Shown here one piece after another: positions 9,764-19,743 of a stretch of DNA of 64,000 nucleotides. The stretch is from a virus. The position numbers and the translations under genes are program-made. The notes beneath the pieces were generated by a model. It was not told where the DNA came from and did not search any database. It saw only the letters and a program-made list of their open reading frames with translations. Position 1 is the first letter of the stretch. Every line of letters begins with the position of its first letter. The stretch is from the IMG/VR virus record IMGVR_UViG_3300030333_008459, positions 14,500 through 78,499 of that record. One strand, 5' to 3'.

Positions 9764-10167
9764 AGATAAATATCTTGTTTTTTAAAAAGAGAAGCGTGTA
9801 TTTCATCCTGAGGATACACCTCTGCTAGCTTTATATTATTAGCTTTACAGAAGTCAAGCTTCTTTTCGTCTCTTTTAAGTTGGTCAGCGTATTTAAAGCG
9901 ATTCTTGTGAAAGAATTTAACAAATTTAGTATGTTGCGCTCCTTGCACTTCCACTGCTATTTTTTTGTTAGCATTGTAAAAATCTAAAGTAAGACGAGTC
10001 CCGACCACTCTAAACTCTTCGAAGACGATATCGTTCTTCCAATACTTTTTTAAGAATTTTTTTACTTGAGTTTGAAACTTGCTGCGACTTGGTTTGCTCC
10101 AGTCAATTAAATACTTTTTGGCGTTCTTGAGGTTCCTCTGTTTGCCATATGAGTCAACAAACTTCAT
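9760..10167 (-). CDS. Vsr/DUF559-like small endonuclease
   Basis: LDFY...IAVEVQGAQH...RDEKK motif. Confidence 0.8.
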   Translation of the reverse strand: MKFVDSYGKQRNLKNAKKYLIDWSKPSRSKFQTQVKKFLKKYWKNDIVFEEFRVVGTRLTLDFYNANKKIAVEVQGAQHTKFVKFFHKNRFKYADQLKRDEKKLDFCKANNIKLAEVYPQDEIHASLFKKQDIYL

Positions 10168-11279
10168 CCTGTAACTTCTTCTTTAAAATAATCAAAAAGG
10201 AAGTTAGATAGTTTTTTATCTCCCTCTATGTGAGAAAATAGTTTTGGCTCTCCTTGTATTTTTTCTGGGAACTCTAAGTCGTTTTCAGATAAAATCTCTA
10301 AAAATTCTTGCGTTGGATAAAGCCACGCGCCCTTCTTCGTGAGGAAGTCCCAACCCCAAAGCATTCCAACTATTTCTTTCTCTCTCCAAATAGAGTTGCC
10401 CCCTTTTCTGCCATAGCGGATAGGGTAAGAGATCGTGCTATTAGTTTTTTCATTAGGTGATTTTTTAATAGTAACCTTAGCGTGATGGCCAATAATCGGA
10501 TTTTTCTTCTCGTCAACCATTTTTAAAGAGGGGTTTTGCAGAATTAAATCTCCTTTAAATCTAGGTTCAAATTCTATAATACTGTTAGCGAAATGCAGCA
10601 AAGCATTACCGCCTGTAGCGGTAGTTTGACGAACAGGAGCTTTCGAGTAAGGGTCGATTTTTATGTCTGCACGGACTTGGCTAATAAAAATAGCCATATG
10701 ACCACGCTTACCAAGAGCTACGCTTGTTTTCTTGCAAAAATCAGAAGCCACCACAGCCCCTCCCGCTACCTTTGTAGCGTCTTCGAAACCTTTGGTGAAA
10801 TCGTCCCTCCTAATCAGGCCATCCATAGAGTCCACAATAAAGCAATATCTCTGCTTATCGGGGTTATCTGTGATTAACGTCCTAACTAAACCCATAGCAG
10901 ACTCATAGATGTTTGTCTCGTAAACAAAACAGGTGCCATCACTCCAACTGTCTTTATCAAATGCAAAGGTGACACCAGATCTCTCTTGCATCTCTGGCCC
11001 GAGCCTTCCTTCCGCTTTAATATAAATACCTCTTGAATTAGGGATGGTCGCTAGAAAGTTTTTCATAACCTCTAACGACTCAGAGGTTTTGCCTCCCTCG
11101 TTGATCCCTGTAAAACGATGTAGCCCAGGAGAGAAGCCTCCCCCTAGATAGGCATCAAACTGTAAAGATCCACTGGTTACCTTGTAGTCAATGGTTTCTT
11201 CGAAGTTGTAATGATCTTTTTTGTTTTCCTTAAGATAGCTCTCAAGAATATCCTCCGATTTACGTTGTTCTTCACTCAT
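10164..11279 (-). CDS. recA: RecA/UvsX-like recombinase
   Basis: SGSLQFDAYLGGG, Walker A GINEGGKT, IVDS, IFISQVR, TGGNALLH. Confidence 0.93.
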   Translation of the reverse strand: MSEEQRKSEDILESYLKENKKDHYNFEETIDYKVTSGSLQFDAYLGGGFSPGLHRFTGINEGGKTSESLEVMKNFLATIPNSRGIYIKAEGRLGPEMQERSGVTFAFDKDSWSDGTCFVYETNIYESAMGLVRTLITDNPDKQRYCFIVDSMDGLIRRDDFTKGFEDATKVAGGAVVASDFCKKTSVALGKRGHMAIFISQVRADIKIDPYSKAPVRQTTATGGNALLHFANSIIEFEPRFKGDLILQNPSLKMVDEKKNPIIGHHAKVTIKKSPNEKTNSTISYPIRYGRKGGNSIWREKEIVGMLWGWDFLTKKGAWLYPTQEFLEILSENDLEFPEKIQGEPKLFSHIEGDKKLSNFLFDYFKEEVTG

Positions 11280-11619
11280 CTAAAAAATCTTTTACCGTTC
11301 GTTTTCTTGGGGTGATTACAACATCTTCCCCTGCCTTCTCGCCTATATCATAGGTTTGATACTTAGACAAATCAACTCTAAAATTGAAAGCCCTGAACTT
11401 TTCATCAAGAGCGCTTTTAAGTTTAGGGCTTGTGTAGTAAGCCATTGAATCAATCTTGCGACCGAAGTCTACAATATCCATAAACTCCAGTGAATAACGA
11501 TCACATAGATCGTTAAGAAGTTTCATTTCTCTAGCAAAAAAGGGTCTCCTTCCCTTATCGGGGACTTCAACAAGACGAAAGATAATATCTCTTTTGTTTG
11601 GACCTTTTTGCTTAGACAC
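11272..11619 (-). CDS. Hypothetical protein
   Basis: 115-aa ORF overlapping gmd and recA. Confidence 0.7.
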   Translation of the reverse strand: MSKQKGPNKRDIIFRLVEVPDKGRRPFFAREMKLLNDLCDRYSLEFMDIVDFGRKIDSMAYYTSPKLKSALDEKFRAFNFRVDLSKYQTYDIGEKAGEDVVITPRKRTVKDFLDE

Positions 11620-12665
11620 TACGGATACATAACAGCAGAGGCATCTTTGTCAACCATCTTCTTCACAAGCTGGATAAAATTAGTTTTAGGATTCCAGCCA
11701 AGTTCTTCACGGGCTTTAGTAGAATCTCCGAGAAGTAAATTAACCTCTGCTGGTCTATAAAAATCTGAATTAATTTCAACAAAACAATCGCGACCATGCA
11801 TGTATCTTTCTTCAAGGCCGTCACCTTCCCATGTGCAAGCGTTTCTGTGAAAACCAACAAAATTAAAAGCTTCCTCTACAAACTCTCTGATGGTATGCGT
11901 TTCGCCAGATGATAAGACATAATCTTTAGGCTGTTCTCTTTCTTGGTTTAACATACGCCACACACCACTTACAAAATCTTCAGCATCACTCCAGTCTCTT
12001 TTTGTGTCTAAGTTACCTAATTGCATAGGTATTATCACCTTTCCTCTTTCGTATTCTGATAAAATCCTAGCTACGTTTTTAGTAATTTTACGAGTGACAA
12101 ACTCTTCTCCTCGACGCACACCTTCATGATTAAAAAGCCACCCTTGAACTGCGTAGAGTTTGTAAGAATCCCTGAACACTTTGACCAAGTGTCTAGCAGA
12201 GCATTTAGAAGCTCCATAAGGACTTCTGGGACGCAACGGATGACTCTCGTCCTGTGGAGTGGTAACCACATCTCCAAATTCCTCAGAGCTTCCTGCGTTG
12301 TAATAACGACAAGATGGTTGGTGTTTTCTAATTGCTTCTAACTGATGTAGCACAGCCATGCAATTCGTTTGCATGTGATTTACTGGCATCTCCCAACTAT
12401 TTCCGACGAAAGAATTCGCAGCGAAGTTTATGAAATAATCTGGCTTATGTTTAGCTATAACCCCATCGGTGTTTTGAGCGTCAGTTACATCTAAATCAAT
12501 AAGAAAAAAACGATCATTATTTTCTAGATGTTTAATATTTTTATGGTTCTTGACGCTTAGTCTTCTTACCCCTCCTATAACTGTGTGCCGAGTATGCTTA
12601 AGAAGATAGTCTGCCATGTGGCTACCATCTTGCCCTGTCACTCCTGTTATAATTATTTTTTTCAT
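11619..12665 (-). CDS. gmd: GDP-mannose 4,6-dehydratase
   Basis: ITGVTGQDGS, PRSPYGASK, LFNHE, FVTRKIT, RDW, RPAEVNLLLGD. Confidence 0.96.
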   Translation of the reverse strand: MKKIIITGVTGQDGSHMADYLLKHTRHTVIGGVRRLSVKNHKNIKHLENNDRFFLIDLDVTDAQNTDGVIAKHKPDYFINFAANSFVGNSWEMPVNHMQTNCMAVLHQLEAIRKHQPSCRYYNAGSSEEFGDVVTTPQDESHPLRPRSPYGASKCSARHLVKVFRDSYKLYAVQGWLFNHEGVRRGEEFVTRKITKNVARILSEYERGKVIIPMQLGNLDTKRDWSDAEDFVSGVWRMLNQEREQPKDYVLSSGETHTIREFVEEAFNFVGFHRNACTWEGDGLEERYMHGRDCFVEINSDFYRPAEVNLLLGDSTKAREELGWNPKTNFIQLVKKMVDKDASAVMYP

Positions 12666-12666
12666 T

Positions 12667-13026
12667 TTAGTCTCCTTTTTCTAATCTATAACTATCACTC
12701 TCAAAATGCTGGGTAGAAAACTCAAACAACTCCGTATCCTCCATCGCCTTAATTTGATGGCGAAGCAACACGGGGACATGAAAGCTGTCGCCTTTTGTTA
12801 AGAGAATTTCTTCAGCAGTTTCTATGTCATCACCCTCACTAAATTTTAAAACAATAGACCCAGATTGCACAAAAAAAACTTCGTCTTTAAGTTTGTGATA
12901 ATGCCAAGAAAATTTTTTATCTTTGACTAAATAAAGAAGCTTACCACAATACTCTGGCTTATTAACAATCCACTTTTCGAAACCCCAACCTTTGGGGACT
13001 AGTTTAATTTGAGAAGAAGTCTTCAT
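12667..13026 (-). CDS. Cupin protein (sugar isomerase-like)
   Basis: PKGWG, SWHYHKLKDE, GDSFHVP...RH cupin motifs. Confidence 0.8.
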   Translation of the reverse strand: MKTSSQIKLVPKGWGFEKWIVNKPEYCGKLLYLVKDKKFSWHYHKLKDEVFFVQSGSIVLKFSEGDDIETAEEILLTKGDSFHVPVLLRHQIKAMEDTELFEFSTQHFESDSYRLEKGD

Positions 13027-13312
13027 CTTTAATTGCTTTGTCGTCTATGTATAAATCTCCCGCAGGTTTTCCCATGAAAAGTTCGTGATAATTAACCCCC
13101 CATTCTTGGAGTTGTTTTTTTGTAAGGTCTTCAAACAATAAAGCGTTTTCATTATTCGATCTACCCATACCTCTAGCGGTTAAAAAATGTATAACGTTTC
13201 CTTCTTTATAAAGATTATTTACTTTTTTAATTCGATCCCAGAGAGGCTCAGAGTTTTCGTAGCCTTTATCACTATTGCAGATAGTGCCGTCTATGTCAAA
13301 CACGTAAGTCAT
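13004..13312 (-). CDS. Small HAD-superfamily phosphatase (capsule-biosynthesis type)
   Basis: FDIDGT, TARG, GKP, YIDDK. Confidence 0.85.
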   Translation of the reverse strand: MTYVFDIDGTICNSDKGYENSEPLWDRIKKVNNLYKEGNVIHFLTARGMGRSNNENALLFEDLTKKQLQEWGVNYHELFMGKPAGDLYIDDKAIKDEDFFSN

Positions 13313-13722
13313 AGTTTTCGAAGAAGGTTTGAGGTAGAAAAATCTCCGACCCTTTCGAAGAACAAAACATCTTCTGCAAACTCTGCACCTATTACTTCCT
13401 TAGTTTGCCAATCAGAGCCAACAACAAGATAATCTGGTCCGTAAGAGGCAATCATGTCTCTTAGTTCTGAGTCAGACCCAAAAGTTCTTATCTCATCAAT
13501 GTATTTAATACATTTTAAAAAGAAATAACGATCCTCTAAGGTGTTGATGGGTCTAGTGGAGCCTTTGTTCTCTCTAATTCTTTGGTCGCTATCTATGCCT
13601 ACAATTAAGTGGTCTCCCTTGCTTTTAGCAAATTTAAAAAGCTCTAAATGACCTCTGTGAAGGACATCAAAAGTTCCGTTTACCCAGACTTTTTTAGTAG
13701 TTGGCATGACGAGGTTGATCAA
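13309..13722 (-). CDS. Cytidylyl/adenylyltransferase (HldE/RfaE domain II, TagD family)
   Basis: NGTFDVLHRGH, VGIDSD, KG..RP, GSDW, STS. Confidence 0.88.
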   Translation of the reverse strand: MINLVMPTTKKVWVNGTFDVLHRGHLELFKFAKSKGDHLIVGIDSDQRIRENKGSTRPINTLEDRYFFLKCIKYIDEIRTFGSDSELRDMIASYGPDYLVVGSDWQTKEVIGAEFAEDVLFFERVGDFSTSNLLRKL

Positions 13723-14620
13723 TAAGGCTATACATTTTGATCAATTGCTTGATGCCCATATCTAAATCGTATTTACATTTAAAACCCGTATCGTAAATTT
13801 TCTGGCTGCTTACAATGTAGTCTCTTTTATCTGGATCTTGAGTAAATTCAGCTTTAATTATTTCAATAGGTAGATGTTCGCCAATTTTTTCAGCGAGCTG
13901 ACGTTTATTCATATTTATTTCGTCATTGCCTATGTTGAAAGTTTCATTAGAACACTTTTCCCAATTGTCTAAAATGAAATTATATACCCTACAAATATCA
14001 AGAATGTGGATATAGTTTCTCATAAACTCGCACTCATATAAAACTAAAACCTTATCCTTAAGAGCTTTCAAAACAAAATTGTTAACCAAAAGATCCGTTC
14101 GGGGGCGCGTAGATGGGCCGAAGACTGTAGCCAATCTAAGAGTGCAGCAGCCTTCAGTATTTTGGTAGACTTTCTCAGCATCCACTTTAGTTACGCCATA
14201 AAGAGATAGCGGGTTAAGTGGGGACTCCTCGGTGCATACACCACTATCACTAGATCCATAGCCAGAATTAGTGCAGGGGTAGATAACTATCTGATCTCGG
14301 GATTTGTTTTCAGCTATCCACTCATTAACCTGATAGTTAACTTTAACAGCTTCCGTAGGTTGGGCTTCACAAAGAGGGAATCCCACTAAACATGCAAGAG
14401 GAATAATCACATCACAACCATCCATTATTTTTTTTAAAGGGACTATACTTTTAACGTCTAAATTTTGGAATTCAAAATTTTCATGAAGAGTATACCTTAA
14501 GAGAGATGTTGGTTCATATTTTAAATTATCAACGACAACAACTTTATGGCCTCTCTCTAGCAGAAAACCAACAAGTTCGCTCCCTATGTATCCAGCGCCT
14601 CCTGTAACTAGTATTTTCAT
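13694..14620 (-). CDS. NAD-dependent nucleotide-sugar epimerase/dehydratase (SDR)
   Basis: GGAGYIG, YGVTK, RLATVFG. Confidence 0.9.
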   Translation of the reverse strand: MKILVTGGAGYIGSELVGFLLERGHKVVVVDNLKYEPTSLLRYTLHENFEFQNLDVKSIVPLKKIMDGCDVIIPLACLVGFPLCEAQPTEAVKVNYQVNEWIAENKSRDQIVIYPCTNSGYGSSDSGVCTEESPLNPLSLYGVTKVDAEKVYQNTEGCCTLRLATVFGPSTRPRTDLLVNNFVLKALKDKVLVLYECEFMRNYIHILDICRVYNFILDNWEKCSNETFNIGNDEINMNKRQLAEKIGEHLPIEIIKAEFTQDPDKRDYIVSSQKIYDTGFKCKYDLDMGIKQLIKMYSLIDQPRHANY

Positions 14621-14937
14621 CTTTTAACTCTACCTAAAATCCAATCCTTCAACATAATCCAGTCGCAAGCCTTAGCCCATAAAGGATTAGAAAAAGCAGC
14701 GGGTTTATTTTTCTCAAAAACAAAATGACCTGTCCATGCAAAGGGGTATACCACAAAAGGGGTCAAAAGTAACAAGAGCCAAAGTTGCCAATGCAAGACT
14801 AAAACTATAAACGAGATAGTGCATAGCTGGCCCAAAACATGCAATCTTCTGCACCATTTGTTTTGATGCTTAGATAAATAATATTGATAGTATTCTTTAA
14901 AATTCATTAACAGTAGTAACTCCTTTCTTTTGCACAA
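14617..14937 (-). CDS. DUF962/Mpo1-like small membrane protein
   Basis: YLSKH...RRLHVLG, hydrophobic stretch, AWTGHFVFEKNKPA; true start probably MNFKEYY. Confidence 0.75.
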   Translation of the reverse strand: MCKRKELLLLMNFKEYYQYYLSKHQNKWCRRLHVLGQLCTISFIVLVLHWQLWLLLLLTPFVVYPFAWTGHFVFEKNKPAAFSNPLWAKACDWIMLKDWILGRVKR

Positions 14938-15643
14938 CTATAGTAGCGCATTCGTTGGCGTAGTCAATTGCTTTTTCTATGTTTTTGGTGTTAATAAAAT
15001 TAACACATAAAGCAGCCAAAAAAGTGTCTCCTGCTCCACAGGGGTCTTTTATTTCAACTTTTTCGACGGGAAAATGCTTATCTCCTAGTTTGCAACCTTT
15101 CCCCGACAAGGTTTGTATTACTTTATCGTAAGTCCAAGAATTTTGTTTTATATAGTTAAGAGAGTTCTCGTATTCTTCTTGGTTTATCTTTATAAAAGAA
15201 GATTCTTTACAAAAATCTCCTAAAGGTTTTTTAGTGTCAATAAAAACATTGTGATGATTTTTACAAATAAACTCAATATCCTCATCTAAAAGGAAACCTT
15301 TATTGTAGTCGGAAATTATTACCAAATTATGTTTTTTTAGAAGATCTGCTTTTAGACCAGATATTCTTTGGACTCTTTCCTCTCCTGAGTCCACCCTCAT
15401 AAACATATGATTTGTTTTTTTATCTATGTATCGAGTTTTTTCGATTATGGCTGTATTAGTTTTAAGAGTAGCCCTTTCCCCGAGAGACACAACGTTTTGG
15501 TAAACGTTACCAGCCATCCCTAAATTTTGTTTTTCGTGAGAAGGTATAAAAGATGGGACGGGAAAATCTGGGCAAAGGCGCTCACAGGAACCATAAATAT
15601 AGATATCCTTGCAGCTATCACCTATAACTAAAATTTCAGCCAT
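14897..15643 (-). CDS. PfkB-family heptose-7-phosphate kinase (HldE/RfaE domain I-like)
   Basis: VIGD, GMAGNV, KTR, ISDYNKG, DPCGAGDTF. Confidence 0.88.
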   Translation of the reverse strand: MAEILVIGDSCKDIYIYGSCERLCPDFPVPSFIPSHEKQNLGMAGNVYQNVVSLGERATLKTNTAIIEKTRYIDKKTNHMFMRVDSGEERVQRISGLKADLLKKHNLVIISDYNKGFLLDEDIEFICKNHHNVFIDTKKPLGDFCKESSFIKINQEEYENSLNYIKQNSWTYDKVIQTLSGKGCKLGDKHFPVEKVEIKDPCGAGDTFLAALCVNFINTKNIEKAIDYANECATIVVQKKGVTTVNEF

Positions 15644-16052
15644 CCCAACTTATTTCCCAATCTTCGAATTCAGCAGCTAAACAGTCTATTTTGTAATCTT
15701 TTCGGCCATTACAAAGATTTTGTATTTTATTTTTAGATGTGTTTCTAATCCCGTTTAAGCCGTGAGTCAACTCTAAACTATTTCCTTCTTTTATTCCCTT
15801 GCGATAATTTGATTCATTGTGCCAAATGTGAAGATTCATTTGGGATAAAACAATTATAGCTCTAATAGTGTTAGCGTCTAAATATATTTCCCCTTCTTCT
15901 AAAATTGCATCAATATCATGCAATATTTCTTGTATTTCTGTGGCATATTCTTTTTTATGCTCACTAATAAAAACTTCTTTCAGTTGAACTATAGACAGCC
16001 TATCTACCAGCTCAGATAAAGTGGGTAAATACTTTCTTTCTTTTTTTTCCAT
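15636..16052 (-). CDS. Hypothetical helical protein in the sugar cluster
   Basis: SELVDRLSIVQLK and IWHNE motifs; operon-coupled. Confidence 0.7.
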   Translation of the reverse strand: MEKKERKYLPTLSELVDRLSIVQLKEVFISEHKKEYATEIQEILHDIDAILEEGEIYLDANTIRAIIVLSQMNLHIWHNESNYRKGIKEGNSLELTHGLNGIRNTSKNKIQNLCNGRKDYKIDCLAAEFEDWEISWDG

Positions 16053-16053
16053 T

Positions 16054-16944
16054 TTAAAGATGTAGGCTTTTATACCAGTTAATAGTTTTCTCTAAACCCT
16101 TTTTAAGAGGTCGTAGTAGGTTTAAGTCGGAAGTCTTGTTAATATCCAAAAGTTTAGACTTTACCCCTACATATTTACTTAGATCGTGCTCTATAAGGTT
16201 ATGATCATAGTTGTATAGCTCACAAACATATTTAGCAAAATCATTTATAGAGTGATCTTCCCCAGCACCCAAATTAAATATTTCGTTGTTCTGTCCAAGT
16301 AGATTAATCATTGTCTGACAAGCATCCTCTACATATATCAGCTCTCTCCTAGCTGTGCCATCACCCCATATGACAAATTTTTTATCATCGTATTTGGCTT
16401 TGTGGCAGTTTTTTATAAAATCGAAAATAAAATGATTGTCATTTTCTTCAAAATTAGGGCCATATAAAGTAGAGGGAACAAAATAAAGCCATTTCAAGCC
16501 ATATTGTTCTGCGTAAGATTTTAAACCCACCAATAGCATTCTTTTAGTCATCGCGTAGGTATATAAACCCTCATCAGGTTGGCCCTTTAAATAATTATCT
16601 TCTGTGAGCGGAAGTTCGGGGGAGTAAGAACAGCTAGTCCCCATTGCTATCATCTTTGCTTGTCTCTGATGGTCGTTCCAATATTTTAAAATATTAGAAT
16701 TTATTCTTTGATTAATTTCAAATTGCTCACCCTTATGGTGCAAACAATAATCTCCCGCTTTTGTGTGCGCGGCTAAATGAAAAATATAATCAAATTTTAT
16801 AGAATTATAAATGTGCAGGTTCTTATCGCACATTAAATTGCCAACCTGAGTATTGGAAAAATGAAGCTCCCACCCTTTTGCTTCTAAGATTTCCACTAAA
16901 TGGCGACCCAAAAAACCACTACATCCTGTAACTAGAATTTTCAT
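16054..16944 (-). CDS. fcl: GDP-L-fucose synthase-like epimerase/reductase
   Basis: GCSGFLG, HLAA, TSCSY, YAMTK, LYGP, IWGDGTARRELIYVED. Confidence 0.82.
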   Translation of the reverse strand: MKILVTGCSGFLGRHLVEILEAKGWELHFSNTQVGNLMCDKNLHIYNSIKFDYIFHLAAHTKAGDYCLHHKGEQFEINQRINSNILKYWNDHQRQAKMIAMGTSCSYSPELPLTEDNYLKGQPDEGLYTYAMTKRMLLVGLKSYAEQYGLKWLYFVPSTLYGPNFEENDNHFIFDFIKNCHKAKYDDKKFVIWGDGTARRELIYVEDACQTMINLLGQNNEIFNLGAGEDHSINDFAKYVCELYNYDHNLIEHDLSKYVGVKSKLLDINKTSDLNLLRPLKKGLEKTINWYKSLHL

Positions 16945-17774
16945 TAGTTTCTACCCATGAAATACCTTCTCACAAAGGTATAGCTTTTGTCTTCTTTAAT
17001 GGCTCTCCAAATAGATAGCCATATTTCTGCATTAACACGGGCCATATCGCTATCAGCTGTAAACTCTAGGCCATATTTTTTCTTTCGAAGCCATATATCA
17101 GCACCTTCAGTGACGCTTCCTTCGAAACCTCTGATGCCGCAAGCGTGATGATAAACTATATCGCCATAAATGCCGAAACAAACTCTATGAGCGTCAAACT
17201 CGTTTGTTCTGTTAAGCTCTTTAAGTGTTAAGTTAGCGGCGTTTATTCTGTCCAACATTCCTCTTTGCGGATTTTGATAAGGATGGTGAGAAAGGTGGGG
17301 ATGTGAGTGTATTGTCCAAGCTAGATTGTTTAGTTGCCATGTTTTTTTTGTGGTGGCGAAAAAACATAAATGAGGGATTTCATGATAATCATGACTATGA
17401 TGGTAATTTTCTCTCATTACTACCGCTGTTATATCGTGTGTAGCTAAGTTTTCTTTTACAGCATTTTGCCAATTTTTGTCGCATGGAAATGCATCACAGT
17501 CTAAAAATACAATTATGTCATCATCTGTTAATTGAGAGCTGATGGTTTCGACAGCTTTATTTACTTGGTCGTAATGTTCTCCATCTATGGCACGGTAAAA
17601 TCTATAATTAGGATAATATTTATCTAAATTAGAAATATCCTCGTCTGACTTATTTAAATTCTTATCTAAAAAACAATGAACGGTATAAGCTCTAGCGTCT
17701 GTGTATTTTTGAAGGTGCTGCGCCTGAACTTCAAGCCAGTCATCTCTTCCAAATATATTTGTTATTATGTGCAT
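16944..17774 (-). CDS. Putative GT-A fold glycosyltransferase
   Basis: IVFLDCDAFP DxD motif; cluster context. Confidence 0.55.
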   Translation of the reverse strand: MHIITNIFGRDDWLEVQAQHLQKYTDARAYTVHCFLDKNLNKSDEDISNLDKYYPNYRFYRAIDGEHYDQVNKAVETISSQLTDDDIIVFLDCDAFPCDKNWQNAVKENLATHDITAVVMRENYHHSHDYHEIPHLCFFATTKKTWQLNNLAWTIHSHPHLSHHPYQNPQRGMLDRINAANLTLKELNRTNEFDAHRVCFGIYGDIVYHHACGIRGFEGSVTEGADIWLRKKKYGLEFTADSDMARVNAEIWLSIWRAIKEDKSYTFVRRYFMGRN

Positions 17775-17780
17775 ATATTT

Positions 17781-18527
17781 TTATCCTATCCACTCTACAT
17801 CAGAGCTTTTTAATAAATCATTAGATGTCCATCCATTTTTTAGGGAAATTAGAGGGTTGTTTGTTTCTTTGCAAAATGTCATAAAAAACCCAAAAAGAGA
17901 AGAAAAGTATTTATAGCTAAGGCTTACGTCTTTATAGCCTTTTAGCTCTAAATATCTAAGAACAAGTTTAAATTCAGCAGGAATATAAATTGGAGTATCT
18001 TCGTAAGGTAATGACCAAAAATTTATCATTTCATCTATTGGCCCCAAGTTGGCGAAGTCGGCAATGTAATTGTAGTCGTTTACATCCTCGACTAAAGCAG
18101 AATACCTTTCTTGTATCCAAGGTATTAATCCTCCATAATGTTGGGTAATTGGTATGCATTTATCTGTATGCTTACAATAAGCCATTTGATGAATGCGGTC
18201 ATCAAATTTATATGTGTCTATAAATTCTTTTGGATCTGTAAAAATTAAATCTGATCTTATTTTGATAACGTGGGTTGCCCCTAAAGCCTTAGCTAAATGC
18301 AGCCCACTAACTGTAGAATTTATCTGTAAATTAACATTTCCATAACCAGCATATGCAGGAGCAGGAGACTTAGCGAGCGTAACATTAGAATTATTTATAT
18401 CTTTAAGGTCATTAATGGAAGCGCTAGCTTCGGTTGACCATATAACATTTTCTACATCGCGGACATTATCTAAAACTTCCCGACAATATTTAGTGTGACC
18501 CTGTATTAATAAATATATTTTTTTCAT
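17781..18527 (-). CDS. WavE-like polysaccharide synthesis protein / putative GT
   Basis: LIQG, IWST, NVNLQINST..GL, KIRSD. Confidence 0.6.
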   Translation of the reverse strand: MKKIYLLIQGHTKYCREVLDNVRDVENVIWSTEASASINDLKDINNSNVTLAKSPAPAYAGYGNVNLQINSTVSGLHLAKALGATHVIKIRSDLIFTDPKEFIDTYKFDDRIHQMAYCKHTDKCIPITQHYGGLIPWIQERYSALVEDVNDYNYIADFANLGPIDEMINFWSLPYEDTPIYIPAEFKLVLRYLELKGYKDVSLSYKYFSSLFGFFMTFCKETNNPLISLKNGWTSNDLLKSSDVEWIG

Positions 18528-18537
18528 TATGACAGCG

Positions 18538-19743
18538 TTATACTATTCTAATCTCAGGAAACGGGACAATAAATTTGACCCCAGTTTCAAGTAAGTCTTT
18601 GTTCTTTTTAAATACCTCCCCTGCAAAGTTGTGAGCTAATAATAAATAATAATCAGGTGTATCTTCAAGAGACTCTCTCGTTATGGGAATATGACTTTGA
18701 GGCAAATATAGTCCGACTTTCAAATCGTTAACTTCAACACATTTATCTATTAAGGTATTATCAATATCAAAGTAATTCAACAATGTATTACCCTTGGCAG
18801 GAGCACCATATGCGTAAATTTTAGCATTAGGATTTTCAGATTTTATCTTTATCAGTAAATCCTTTAATTCATTTTTTTTAGATTTTATTTTCTCAGCAAA
18901 ATTAAGGAAAGCTTCTCTGTTATACTTTTTGTCTTTTTGTAACCAGCCTTTACAGCGGGTGGTCTCTTCAAAAACTGGAGTCTTGGAAATCTTAGCGATG
19001 ATACTACCGCTGTGGATGTCGCTGTAATAGGCATCAAAAAGACTAAACCCATAAGGTTCTAGCAGATTTTTCAAGCTCTGAAGGGTATAAAAGCAAAGAT
19101 GCTCATGATAAATTCCATCAAAATTTAACTTTTCCACCATAGTCCCAGCATACATAAATTGCACTACGAAAACACCATCATCTGACAAGGCTTTTTTGAT
19201 TCCCCTTATGACGCTATGAAGCTGTTCTAAATGAAAAAAGACACCAGAAGCGTTGATTAGTTTTACTTTGTTTTCTAGATTATGGTTATCAATCAAATCC
19301 TCATTAAAGAAATCATTGATTGTGGGAACTCCTGACTTGATAGCTAACTCGGATATATTGTCAGCCGATTCCACGTTTAGAACGTTTTTTAAACCAGCTT
19401 TTTTATATTGCAATAATTGAGTCCCATCATTGCCTCCGATGTCGAGAATTAAATCATCGGACTTAAGGTCGAATTGTGTTTTGTTTTCTAAGGCTAGTTC
19501 ATAAAAGTGTTTAGAAAGAGAAGAGGTCGTAGAAGAAACGTAAGTGTGATTTTTGAACATTACTTCTTTCGGGACCGTGTAGTTTAATTGTAGAAGCTCA
19601 CAGTCATCGCACTGAACTAGGTGAAGAGGATATTTCTCTTCTTTCCCCAAGCGTTCTTTAGTTAAGAAATCATTGCACCAAGGATGATCTCCTAAATTTA
19701 AAATACTGGTAAGATTGGTGCTATTGCAAGATCTACAGTTCAT
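18538..19743 (-). CDS. NDP-sugar C-methyltransferase (SAM-dependent, Zn-binding N-terminus)
   Basis: CRSC..LGDHP..C..C, DIGGNDG, IYHEH, YGAPAKGNTLLNY. Confidence 0.92.
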   Translation of the reverse strand: MNCRSCNSTNLTSILNLGDHPWCNDFLTKERLGKEEKYPLHLVQCDDCELLQLNYTVPKEVMFKNHTYVSSTTSSLSKHFYELALENKTQFDLKSDDLILDIGGNDGTQLLQYKKAGLKNVLNVESADNISELAIKSGVPTINDFFNEDLIDNHNLENKVKLINASGVFFHLEQLHSVIRGIKKALSDDGVFVVQFMYAGTMVEKLNFDGIYHEHLCFYTLQSLKNLLEPYGFSLFDAYYSDIHSGSIIAKISKTPVFEETTRCKGWLQKDKKYNREAFLNFAEKIKSKKNELKDLLIKIKSENPNAKIYAYGAPAKGNTLLNYFDIDNTLIDKCVEVNDLKVGLYLPQSHIPITRESLEDTPDYYLLLAHNFAGEVFKKNKDLLETGVKFIVPFPEIRIV

